64,000 nt of DNA, from assembly GCA_004431415.1 (NCBI GenBank), contig QPMI01000651.1:62001-126000 (forward strand). The letters run 5' to 3'. The translations under genes and the position numbers were made by a program. This document shows positions 46,087-57,542 of this stretch, piece by piece (the stretch's first letter is position 1; each line of letters opens with the position of its first letter). Origin of the DNA: Cyanophora paradoxa CCMP329. Lineage: Eukaryota; Plantae; Glaucophyta. The notes below the pieces were generated by a model. That model had not been told where the DNA came from. It saw nothing but the letters and a program-made list of their open reading frames with translations, and did no database searches.

Positions 46087-49000
46087 ATGGGCCGGCCGGA
46101 CAGCCCCGTGCTCGTGGAACCTTCTTCCGGATCCACGCGGATGCCCCGGGCGCGCAGCGCGAGCTCCGACCGCGGAGTCGACGCGGCTTCCGCCGGTAGC
46201 AGCTCTCCGGCGGCGGGATTGACTCCGGCAAGCTCGGCCGGCCGCATGCCTGTGCCGCCACTCCCGACACTCGGCGAGGACGCGGCTTACACGGACCCCG
46301 TCGAGCTCCAGATCATCGGACGCATCCAGGAACTGTGCGTGAGACGACTCCGACTTCGCGCCGCTCTCCATTCGCGCGCGCGCGCGCCGACCACTTCGCC
46401 TCTCCCCGGCCCGCGCGCAGGACGCAGCGGCTCCAGAATGTGCAGCGGCAGCTCCACAGCACGGGCCTCCGCACGGCAACGCCTCCCTCGGGCTCGCCGC
46501 GACTCACGCCGAGAGAGATCTCCGCGGCGGCGAACGACCGCGAACCGTTCGCCTTCGAGCTCGCCTCCGGCGGCGCCTCGCCCCGCCCCGTCGACGTCGC
46601 CGCCTACGGCCCCGTCGGCGGCGCCGAGCCGCGCGCCTTCCGGCCCCACTCGCAGCCCGTCGTGTTCGCCGGCGCGGCCGCCGGCGCCGGGGCCCAAGAC
46701 CTTACAAGGCTCGCCGCCTTCCCCACGGCCGGCCCGCCGCCGCCGCCGCAGAGCCCGGCGCCGCCGTCCTCCTGATCGCGATTCCCTCTGCAGCCTCCTG
46801 AACAACCGCCGCCTCCTCGTCGTCGCGAACCGCGCGCCGGTCACCATGGCGCGCCCCGCTCTCCGCTCTTCCCCCCTCGAGCTTGCAGTCGCGATCGTCG
46901 GCCCTGAACCGAGCTCGCCGCGCAGGCGAAGAACAAGGAGACGGGCGAGTGGGGCTACAAGAACTCGTCCGGCGGCCTCGTGAGCGGGCTGGCGGGCATG
47001 CACGGCCACGACTACGTATGGGTCGGCTGGCCCGGTGCGCCCGCCCCGCCTCCTCCCTTCGTTTCGCTTCCTCTTCGAATTCGATCCCGTCCGCGAAACC
47101 CCTGGCTGAATCTGCGATTTCCGCAGGGCTGGAGGTGGCGGCGGAGGAGCGCGGCGGGGTGACGAAGACCCTCTTCGAGAAGCACCGCTGCCACCCCGTG
47201 CGCCCCCGCCCCCGCCCCCGTCCCCGGCGGCCTCCTGAGCGATCACGCTCACGGGACGTCGGCGGGCAGGTGTACCTGGCGGACAAGCTCGCCGACTCCT
47301 TCTACAACGGCTTCTGCAACGAGATCGTGCGCCCCGCCCGCCGCCGGCCCCGGCCCCGCCCTCGCTTGAGCTTCCTGTGCCTTCTTCGAGCGCGCTGACG
47401 TCGACCTGCAGCTCTGGCCCCTCTTCCAGTGCGCACGTGCACGCCGTCGCCTCTCGCGCGGGCCTGGGCCCCGCCGCCCCGCCCTCGCCTCACCTCCCCT
47501 TCGGGCAGCTACGTGCCGCTGCAGACGTTCACGCGGACGGACGTGGAGGAGGAGAAGAAGTTCAGCTCCCGCCTCTGGGATGCGTGCGCCCGCCCGCCCG
47601 CACGCCCGCCCGCCCCCCCGCACGCCCGCGCCCCCCCTCGGCCCTCCCGCCTCTGATTCACGAACTCGCGCCGCTCGCTCCTGCGCCGCGCCCCTCGGGC
47701 AGGTACGTGCGGGCGAACGAGGAGTTCTGCGAGGCGGTCATGCAGATCTACGACCCCGAGCGCGACATCGTCTGGGCGCGCCCTCCCGCCCCGCCCCCGC
47801 CCCCTCTTTCGAGCTTTAATTTGAGCTCTTTCCTTTGTTCCCGCCTTCCCGCCGCCACTCTGCAGGTCCACGACTACCACCTCATGATGCTGGTGCGCAT
47901 GCGCCGCCGGCCCCGTCCCGGCCTCCCCCCTTCCCGTCCGACAAGCCCGCCCGCCCCGCCCCAGCCCGCCATGCTCCGCAAGCGCCACCCCGAGATGCGC
48001 ATCGGGTGCGCGCCCCTTCGAATTCCGCGCCCGGCCACCCCGGTCCCTTCCCAACTCCGACGGCGGAACCAATCGTGTGCCCCCGCAGCTTCTTCCTGCA
48101 CATCCCCTTCCCCGCCGCCGACGTCTACCGCGTCCTCCCCTGGCGCGCCGAAGTCCGCACCCGTACCCCCCGCCTCACCCGTCTCGCTTGCGTATCCCGC
48201 CTGCCTTACGGTCCCTCTCCTCCCCCCCTCCGCAGGTTCTCGAGGGGGTAGTGCAATCGGACCTCGTCGGGTTCCACAGTGCGCTGCTGCCCGATAAAAT
48301 TTTGCCCCGCGGGAATCGAACTCGGGTCGCCCGCAGCCTTCGAGTACGCGCGGCACTTCCTTTCCTCCTGCGACCGCGTTCTGGGGCTCCAGCCCAGCCC
48401 CACCTGGGTCCAGGTGAACCGTACCACCTCTAGATCTTCCCCCCCCCTTTTGAATTTGACTCTTCGGGCCAGACCGCGAGCGGGCATCTCGCCTCCGTCG
48501 GGATCTTTCCCATCGGCACCCCCCTCTGTTTTCGTCATGTGGCCCCTGTACCCTCTTTCTGATCGTCGACGTCCCCCGCCCGCAGGCATCGACTACCTCC
48601 AGTTCCTGAACGCGCAGCAGAAGCCTTCCGTCCAGGCTCGCCCCGTACCCCTCCCTTCCCTATCATGTACCCTCGGCGACTCTTCTCCCCCCGCTCCGCA
48701 GGCGCGCATCGCGCAGCTGCTGCGCACGTTCCAGGGCCGCAAGGCGCGTCCGCCTCCCTTGAGCTTCACCCCTACCCCTCACTCCCCGCCTCATGCAGGT
48801 CATCCTGGGCGTGGACCGGCTCGACTACATCAAGGGTGCCCCTAGGCCTCCGCCCCCACCTTCAACTTCGTCGTCCTCAGATCAGATCGGATCTGATCTG
48901 AGCGGGCAGGGCTGCCGCACAAGCTGCGGGCCTTCGAGGCGCTCCTCGAGCGCCACCCGCGCTTCCGCGGCCGCGTCGGTACCCCCCCCCCCCCCCCCCG

Positions 49001-52000
49001 CCCCGCCCCGCCCGGGAGCTCGGGCCGCCGTGACGCGTGCGGGCCGGTGCGGCAGTGCTGATGCAGATCGCGATCCCCTCGCGGACCTCGGTGGACGACT
49101 ACCGCCAGCTCACCGCCGAGGCGCGCCTTTCCTTCGTTCCTTCCTTGAAGTTCCTCGGCTCTGCCTTCGAAGAAGAAGAAACTCGCCGCTCAGCTCCTGC
49201 GGCGCAGGTGAACGAGCTGGTGGGGCGCATCTCCTCCCGCTTCGGCACCCTCGACTACTCCCCCATACAGTACCTCTACCAGGCCCGCCCCCTTAGAATC
49301 ACGCGCGGCCCCCCGCCCCGCCCCGCCCGCGCGCCCCGCCCCAGCTCGAGACACGTACATCGACCTGACCTTCGGGGCTGTGGCGGCGGATGCAGTCGGT
49401 GAACTTCGACGAGCTGACGGCCCTCTACACGTGCGCGGGGGAGTCTCCTCTCTTCCCTAGAGTCGCCTCTCCTCTCGCCGCCTCACACGGCCTCGCGCCC
49501 GCGCAGGATGGCGGACGTGCTGCTGGCGACGAGCCTCCGCGACGGCATGAACCTCGTCGTCCAGGCCCGCCCCCGCCCCCGCCCCCGCCCCGCCCAGCGG
49601 CCTCGAGCGCTGAGGCGCGGCGCGCAGGAGTACATCGCGTGCCAGCAGGAGCGCCACGGCGTCGTCGTCGTCTCCGAGTTCGCCGGCTCCGCCGGCAACC
49701 TCTCCACCGCCGTCCGCCCCGAGCCCCGCCCCCGGCCCTTAAGAAGCATCGTCCGATTTTGATCTTTAATTTGTCGGGCAGCTGCGGATCAACCCGTGGA
49801 ACACGGAGGAGACGGCGGGGGCGGTGGCGCGGGCGCTCGACATGCACCCCTCCGAGCGCGCCGCCCGCCACACCCACGCCTTCCGGTGCACCCTCGCCCT
49901 CGCCCTCAGCTCAGCTCCGCTCTGTCCTCAGCTTATATTAGCTCCGCTCTGCCCCGTCAGGCACATCTCGAAGCACACGTCGTCGTACTGGGGCACCTCC
50001 TTTGTCTGCGAGCTCCTCCAGGTCCCCCGCCCGAGCCCCGCCCCCGCCGCCCCTTCGGACTATGAATTTTACGAACGCGCCGCTGACGCGCGGCCTCTTC
50101 TCCTCAGGTGGCCGACATGGCTGAGGAGAAGGCGCGCGGGGCCCTGCCCCGCCCCGCCCGTGCGGCCTCCGAGGCCGGGCGCGCCTGCTGATGGGGCGCG
50201 CAGGCGATGCAGACGGCGCCGCTGAGCGCGCGGGCGGTGCGGGAGGCGTACCGCCGCTCCTCCCGCCGCCTCATCTGCCTCGACTACGACGGTGCGAACG
50301 AAGGGAGGGGGGTAGGGGGAACGGGGAGGGCGCTCGACTGACCGATCGGCTCGCCTCGCTCGCCGGCAGGGACGCTGGTGGGCTTCTGCGCGCGCCCCGC
50401 GGACGCCCTCCCCAGCCCAGCCCTCCTCGAGGTACTCCCCCCCCCTCCCCCTGGTCCGAAGTAGGCTTCGAAGGCTTACGCTTGGCGGGCAGGCGCTGGG
50501 GCGGCTGTGCGGGGACGGGAGGAACGCCGTGTACGTCGTCTCGGGGCGCGACCGCTCCTTCCTCGAGTCCACGTCCGTCCCCTCCCCGCCCCGCCCCGCC
50601 CCGCCCCGCGTTTCCTTACGATCGGACGGGACTGGGGGCGGGGCCAGGATCGGGCACCTCCCCGTCGGCATCTTCGCCGAGCACGGGTGCGCCTCGAGCT
50701 CTGGCCCGACACGCCGCCCCCGTTCTCGCTCTCCACGGCGCTGACGCCGTGCCGGCGATGGGGCGGCGCAGGTGCTACTTCCGGCCGCCGCCGCCCCCCG
50801 CGGGGCCGGGCGCGCCCGGCGAGGGGCGGGGCGACCGCGAGGCGTGGGAGGACTGCCGCGCCCGCAACCTCGCCGACGGCACCTGGAAGGCACGCGCCCC
50901 TCGCCTCCGCTCCCCTTCTCCCTCTCCCTTCTCCCTCCTTAACCCCGGGCGCAGGAGCAAGTGCGGCAGGTGATGCAGGACCACGGCGCCCTCGTCCCGG
51001 GCTCCTTCGTCGAGGAGAAGGCCCGCCCGCCCGCCCCGCGCCCCGCGCCCGCGCCCGCGGGTCCGCCTCGTCTTAGGCTCACTCTGAAGCGGCCGCGCAG
51101 GAGTCGGCGATCGTGTGGCACTACCGCTCGGCCGCGGACCCCGCCTTCGCCGCCTGGACCGCCCGCGAGGCCCGCCCCCGCCCCGCCCCCTCTCCGGCCC
51201 TGCGACCCTGAGGGGCTCCCCCGCGCAGCTGCTGCACACGCTGAACGCGATGAACCGCAACCAGCACTTCGACACCATCCCGGGCGCCAAGATCCTCGAG
51301 GCCCGCCCCGCCCCGCCCTCCCACTTTTCTCGCCCTGCAGCTGACGCCGCGGCGCCCTCCGCAGGCGCGGGCGTCGGGAGCGGACAAGGGCTCTGCCCTC
51401 GAGCGCCTCCTCGTCGACGGCGCCCGCGCCCAGGCCGGTGCGCGTCCACTCCGCCTTAGCTTGCTCCCCCCTTTCCCTCCCTCCTCCTGCCCCGCCCGCT
51501 GCCCGACACGTGTGCTGGCCCCCGCAGAGGAGGCGGCGGCCGAGGGCCGCGCCCAGTACGACAGCGGCGGCGAGGCCCTCCCCGAGATAGGGTACCCCCT
51601 TCGCCCCGTTACCCCCGTCAGTTCCTTCCGGGTCCGACGCCCGCGGGGGTACGCGTGCGCGGCGCGCAGGTACGACTTCGTTCTCTGCGTCGGCGACGAC
51701 CGCACCGGTGCGCCCGTCCCGCCCCGCCCCGGCCCGCCCCGCCCCGCCCCTCGTCCGACTCCATTTCCCCCGTCTCAGATGAGGACATGTTTGAGGCGGC
51801 GAGCCACTGGCTCGAGCAGGCGGGGGCCGCCAACCCCAAGGCCCCCCTCCGCGTCTACTCCGTGCGGCGCCCCTTCCTTTTCACCCCTCCCACCCCGTTC
51901 CCCTCCTCACGTTCGAGAAGGTGTGCGTGGGAAAGAAGGCGAGCGCGGCGCGGTACTACCTCCCGGGCCAGCCGGCCGTCGTCCCCTTCCTCGCCTCCCT

Positions 52001-52664
52001 CCCCGACCCCGGCCCCGGCCCCGGCCCCGGCGCCGGGCGCGGCCCCGCCTCTCCCGCCTCCGCCGACTCGCCCTTCGAGCTCGCCGGCTCCGGCTCCGGC
52101 GCCGGCTCCGTGGAGGGCGAGCGCGAGGCCGAGGGCGAGGCGGAGGGGGAGGGCGAGGGGGCGCCCGCCGTTCTGCGCGGGCGGCCCCCCCGCCGCAGCG
52201 CCTCCCCCGCCATGCAGGTCCGGCCGTATCCCGCCCGGTCTCCCCCGGGGTCTGCTTGTAATTGCCGTACCCCCCAGGTGGCGCGGATGACGCGCTCGTG
52301 GTCGACGCCCGAGGGCCTGCTCCTGCGGCGGGCGGCGCACGTGCAGGCCTCGCCGGGGCTCGGGCCCCACGCCCCGCCCCGCGCGCCCTCCGTCTCCCCG
52401 CTCCCCGAGGAGGGCCCCGCCCCGCCCCGGCCGGCGCCGGCCCGCCGCCTTCGCCCCGGTCCAGGCCCCGGCCCCGGCCCCCGGGGCCAAGCCGGCACCC
52501 TCGACCTTCCTGCAGCCGCCGCCGCACCGGGGGCCGGGCCACGTGGCGGGGGCGCTGCGGAAGACCCTCTCGCTGGCCGAGGGCCTGGCGATCGGGGCGG
52601 GGGCGGGGGCGGGGGCGGCGGGGCCCTCCGACGGCCTCCGCCGCGCCCTCGACGCCATCTTTGA
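46087..52664 (+). CDS. TPS: Bifunctional trehalose-6-phosphate synthase/phosphatase (GT20 TPS + HAD TPP), catalytic motifs intact; >30 introns
   Basis: RLLVVANRAPV, SSGGLVSGL, WVGWPG, FYNGFCNEILWPLFH, WVHDYHLMMLP, FFLHIPFP, ILGVDRLDYIKGLPHK, IAIPSRTSVDDY, TSLRDGMNLVVQEY, SEFAGSA, INPWN. TPP part: LDYDGTL, VVSGR, AEHG, WHYR, DKG, GDDRTDEDMF, VGKKASAARYYL. Confidence 0.95.
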
Positions 52665-53089
52665 GGACTGAGCTCGAGCTCGAGCTCGATCGCGCAGTTA
52701 TTAATTGTACACGCCTACTATCCGAATTCGAATAAGGCTATAATAATGAAGAATTAATCGAAATAATTGGACGTACAGAGATCTAGATACGTATACGTAT
52801 ACAAAGCGCGCGAACGCGAAGCCGTAACGACCTTTGAAAAACCCACACATAAGCTACAGGTGAACTACATAATTATAATTACTAATGTAAGCGATCGCGA
52901 GCGCTACGTATACACACTCGATATACAAACACATCCGGACACTGTCAATCGTCCAATACAATAAGTCTGCCTGACTCGGTTCTATGCAGCCCCGTCCTCA
53001 GCGCAATCCGGGCCCGGCCGCGGCCGCTGGCCATGGGCTGGCTGGCGGGCAGCGGACGGGGCGGCCGCGGCCCGCGGAGCGGCGCCGGC

Positions 53090-56000
53090 TTAGAAGCGCG
53101 TGTTCGTGGGCTCCATCTCGTACTGGAAGGAGGGGCGGCCGGACTGCGGCGGGCGCTCCCGCGGGAGGCCCGAGCTCGGGCCCCCGCGGCCCGGCGGGTA
53201 GGGCGCCATCGACATCGGCGGGGGGCCGCCGGCGCCGGGGCCGCCCCGGGGGGACTGGTGGTGGGGGAAGCCGGCCCGCGAGGGCGCCCGGTACGGCCCC
53301 TCGCGCTCCTCGAAGTCGTAGTCGCGCTCGTAGGGGCCAGGATCGCGGTCGGGCCCCGGGCGGCGGTAGGCGGCGGGGCGGGCGGCCGCGCCCTCGTCGT
53401 CCAGGTTGATCACCACGTTCGTGTACTCGTTCGTCGGCATCGGCATCGGGCCCCCGCGCGGCGACTTCGAGCCGAACTGCGCAAACTGTACATTTGAACA
53501 CAAATGCGATACCGAGCCCACCGAAAAGAAATTTTGGGATGGCACCTGCGCGGGCGGCTGCTGCCCGCCGGGAAGGACAGGCCGGAGCTTGCCGACTGGG
53601 ATCGTCTTCGCCCCTGGCCCGGCATTCGGGACCGCTGCGCCGCGCCCAAAAATTCGTGATCAGGATCCGGAGGGCAGGGTGCAAAGCTTCAGGGGGAGGG
53701 CGGGGGCGCACGGGTGCGGGCGCCGGCGCTGCGGGGCGTCTGGCGGCCGTCGGCGTACGGGGGCGGGGGAGGGCCCGCGCGGTCGTTCTCCTCGTAGTAG
53801 TCGTGGGGCACCATGGGGCCCCGCCGGCGCTCGCGATCGCGATCGGGCCCCTCGTCGCGCCAGTCCCGCTCGCGATCGCCGTACGGCTGGGGGCCCCGGG
53901 CGCGGGGATCGCCGGGGCCCCACATCGGCCCGTGGCCGGAGTCCGACGTCGACCCGTCCGCGTCGTGCGAGCCGCCGTACGCGTGCGCCTGCCCGCTCTC
54001 CCACTGAGGCGCGGAAGTCAGCCGTCGACTCGGTGATCGATATCACGAAGCTTCATCGAGGGGCCGGCCGCGGGGCACCTTGCCCTCTCCGCCCGCGGCC
54101 ATCTGCATCTGGTCCTCCTCGTCCTCGATGCCGAACTTCTCCTTCTCGATCTTCTTCTCCTCCTTCTTGATCTGCGATTGCGTCAGCAAGAAGCTGCCAA
54201 GAGCTCGATCGCGAGTCCGTATAAACTCCTGTCCCGCGTATATATAAATTACGCCCGGGCCGCGCACCCGCTCGGGGTGCATGCGGATCTTGCCGGCCTC
54301 GTCCAGGGCCACGCCGTCCGACGCCTGCGGGACGGTTTGAATCGAATTCACGGTTCAAATATAATAGAGTGCCGCCCGGATTCGAACTCGCGCACCCGAA
54401 CGTACTTGACGCCGTTCTCGTCCTCGAAGAAGACGGCCTGCGTACCCGTCCCACGATCGCGATCGATCAGGAAACGCACTGCAATTTCAGGAATTTCTGG
54501 ATCAGGCGCCGGCGGGGCTCGGGGGCGGGACCTCCTTGGAGAGGCGCTTCTCGATGTCGGCCTCGTACTTGTTGTCCTCCAGCTTCAGGTAGATGAACCC
54601 GAAGACAACCTTGGCCGTCAGCTGCGCGGCTCCGGGCCCGGCCGTCAGATCCAGGTCTAGAGGAGGCGGCGCCCCGGGCGCGGCGAGGGCGCGCGGGGGC
54701 GCACGTCCGTGAAGGTGAGGATGATGATCTCGACGTCGGGGTTCAGCACACGGACGCCCTCCGTCCTGCCCGGGGCGGCCGCAGCCGCCGCGATCAGCGC
54801 TCCGACTTCTCTTCTCAGGACCAGGCCCAGGCCCAGCTGCAGGGGCGCACCCGACGACGAAGATGACGGGGTAGACGTGCCACGTGGCGATGAACAGGGC
54901 CATCAGCCCGCGGAACAGGTTGCGGTCCTGCCGATCGCGAGACGCCGCGGTCAGGCGCAGCCGACCCGGAGCGAGGACGGGCCGGGGGCCCGGGACGTCG
55001 ACCTTGTCGGTGGGGAGGAGGCGGAGGGTGCGGGCGTAGCCCTGGTAGAGGATGAAGAGGAGGACGAAGAAGAAGAGGCACGAGAAGACGTAGAAGCCCC
55101 AGCGCATCGGGGCCGGGCAGAGCGCGCTGAACAGGCCCGTCGCAATCATCAGGAAGTCCGCGAAGACGAGCCTGCGAAATTAATGAAGGTGAGAAATTCA
55201 GCGTGTGCTGCGGGCCGGGCCTGGCGGCGTTGACGTTTGATCACGCACGTAAGCTTGACGGCGAAAGGCCGCTCGCCGAGCTCGGCCAGATCGATGACAA
55301 GGCTGCGCAGGAGCGTTGCGATCAGATCGGAGCAGTGGAGTGGCGCCGGCGGCGCCAAGCGCGACAGCTGCAGGTCGCAATACACAAATATGTACAGCAG
55401 TGAGCTTACAGTGGCGTTGTGATAGACCAGTCCAAGTAGCGAGCCTGCGCGTGAGAAAGCGGCGACGTGAGCTCGGGGGGCAGCTACAATTGCAACATAT
55501 CAGAAATTGTTCAAGGGCGTTCGCGATCGACGTCGACGCACAAAATTGACACTGCGATGAGGACCAAAAGGCCAGAGCATTTACGGTTAGCGATGAATAT
55601 CGAAATTTTAAATTATTATCGATGCGGCCGCGGGCGTCTGAATTAAGCTATTACAGCAGCACGCACGTGTAGCCACTGCATTCAAACGAAAGTGACGGAT
55701 CAGTAAGAGCTTTTGCAACAATTGAAATTAAAAGACACGACGCACTTCACGTTGATGACCCCCATTCCATTTGCGTTCGCGTAGTAGCTGCGGAAGATCG
55801 ATCGTGATCAAAAACCGCTTCTCTTTTTCAAGAACTGCCAAATTAAGATCCGATCCGTACCCAAGGGCAGCAATAGCGACGCAGAAAAAGTTCAGAACGT
55901 AGTGCTCTCGCTTGCCGTTCAAGAAGAAGAGGGCTCTGAGAGAAAAGATCACTCGAGCTAGCGCTCGCACTCGTGGTACAATTGCAAGAACTCACACGAA

Positions 56001-56381
56001 GCAAACTGTCGCCAAAGCGAATACCGAGAATCTGCGAAAGATTGATCGTCGGATCATTGCTATTTATGTGGCACGTCGGACCGCGGCCGCCGCAAGGTGC
56101 ATGCATTAGCCGCGCCGCGGCGCGCACGGCCGCCAGCACTCGCTATAGCGTGGGCGCGGACGCGGCACGGGCCGGGCGCACCCGATCCAAAGAAACACGG
56201 CCTGGATAGTCGGCGGGGGTCCTGGGATGATGGGGTCGGAAGTGGATGTGGGTATCGTAGCTGCCAAGTCTGTCTCCGCGCCCAGCACGGCGGATTGCGA
56301 GAGCCGCGCGGCAACCAGGACAGCTGCCAGCAACTCCGCCGCGCCGCTTCGCGGCCGCGGCCAGCCAGCTGCGGGATGCAT
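53090..56381 (-). CDS. Microbial (type 1) rhodopsin with bacteriorhodopsin-like DTD proton-pump motif, N-terminal extension and long low-complexity C-terminal tail
   Basis: Helix C ARYLDWSITTPL|LVIDL (R82, D85, T89, D96 equivalents). Helix D LVFADFLMIATG. Helix F FIATWHVYPVIFVVG. Loop and helix G GTEGVRVLNPDVEIIILTFTD|LTAKVVFG (E194, E204, D212, retinal K216 in exact BR register). Tail exons continue to a TAA at 53090. Confidence 0.92.
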
Positions 56382-57542
56382 GTCGTGTGCGAAGCGCCGC
56401 AGTGCGTAGCGCTGTATGTAGCTAGCTGGAAGGCTGTCTAGATCTGCTCAGCTGAGCCGCTGTGCGCCGGAAGTCTCTGTGTGAACGCGCGAGCTTTTAA
56501 ATGCCTGAGGCTGCTGAAGGCTGAAGCTGCTGCTGCTGATGCGCTGCAGCTGCGAGCCTGCGACCAGTACTAGTAGTCCTCTAGTGCGACGGCGGCGGTC
56601 GCTGCTTGCTGCTGCTGCTGCCGGCGAGCCTGCCGCCGCCGCTGCTGCGCATTAGCAGCGCATATATGCTTTAGGGAGGGCTCCGCTCATCAAGGCTCAT
56701 CATGACATCAAAGAGCCATCATCAGTGACAGCTCGCGACATTTTTAATTATGATTTACAACATATCATTGCCGTACGCGTGTACCGTACTACGGTACCGT
56801 AGTACGCCGCACTTTACGGTAGGACGTCGGTGAGTCGACGCCGAGTCGTCGCCGACTCGACGGTGACTGGCACTGACTGCATTGTCACGTGCACTGCAGT
56901 CCAACTTTAAACTGGGAGTCTGGGACTCCCACTCATACTAGTACTATGATAAGAGTCACAAGTTCTCACAACCGTTGAACTAAGTAAAGCTTCTGACTCA
57001 GTGAGTCCGCCACATGATTGCCCATATCATTGCTGCGCAATATTAACTTTTTAATTTAAGTTAAAGCGCATGCGGCGACGCAGCGGCGTGCGGCCGCTGC
57101 GGAGCCTGCGGCGTGCCGGCCGCCGGGCGCCGGCCCCGCGGCGCCGCCGCGCCGGCTGAGTTGCTGTCAACGCCCGGCCGGCGCCGGCCGCGGGCGCCGG
57201 GCGGCCCCCGCCGCGGCCGGGCCGGGCGGGCGTCCGACGGTCACCGGGTCGCGCCCGTCGCCGGCCCAACGTTATAATTAACGGAGCCCTCAGCCATGGC
57301 CATGCCGCAGTGCGCCTCTTCGAATTTAAAGTCACTGAATCAGCTTCCGGAAGCCACATTTAGCACTAGATTGGCCATTGAGACCAATACACATCATGAT
57401 CTGACCATCCCAGTTTGCATGTATGCGATCCACCATGACGGCATCATCCATCAATGCTGCGTACCGCGAACAATATTATTAACGCCACAATTGCGCACAC
57501 AGCGGCACAAACAGTGACAAACTACGTGCGAATGATTTAGCA

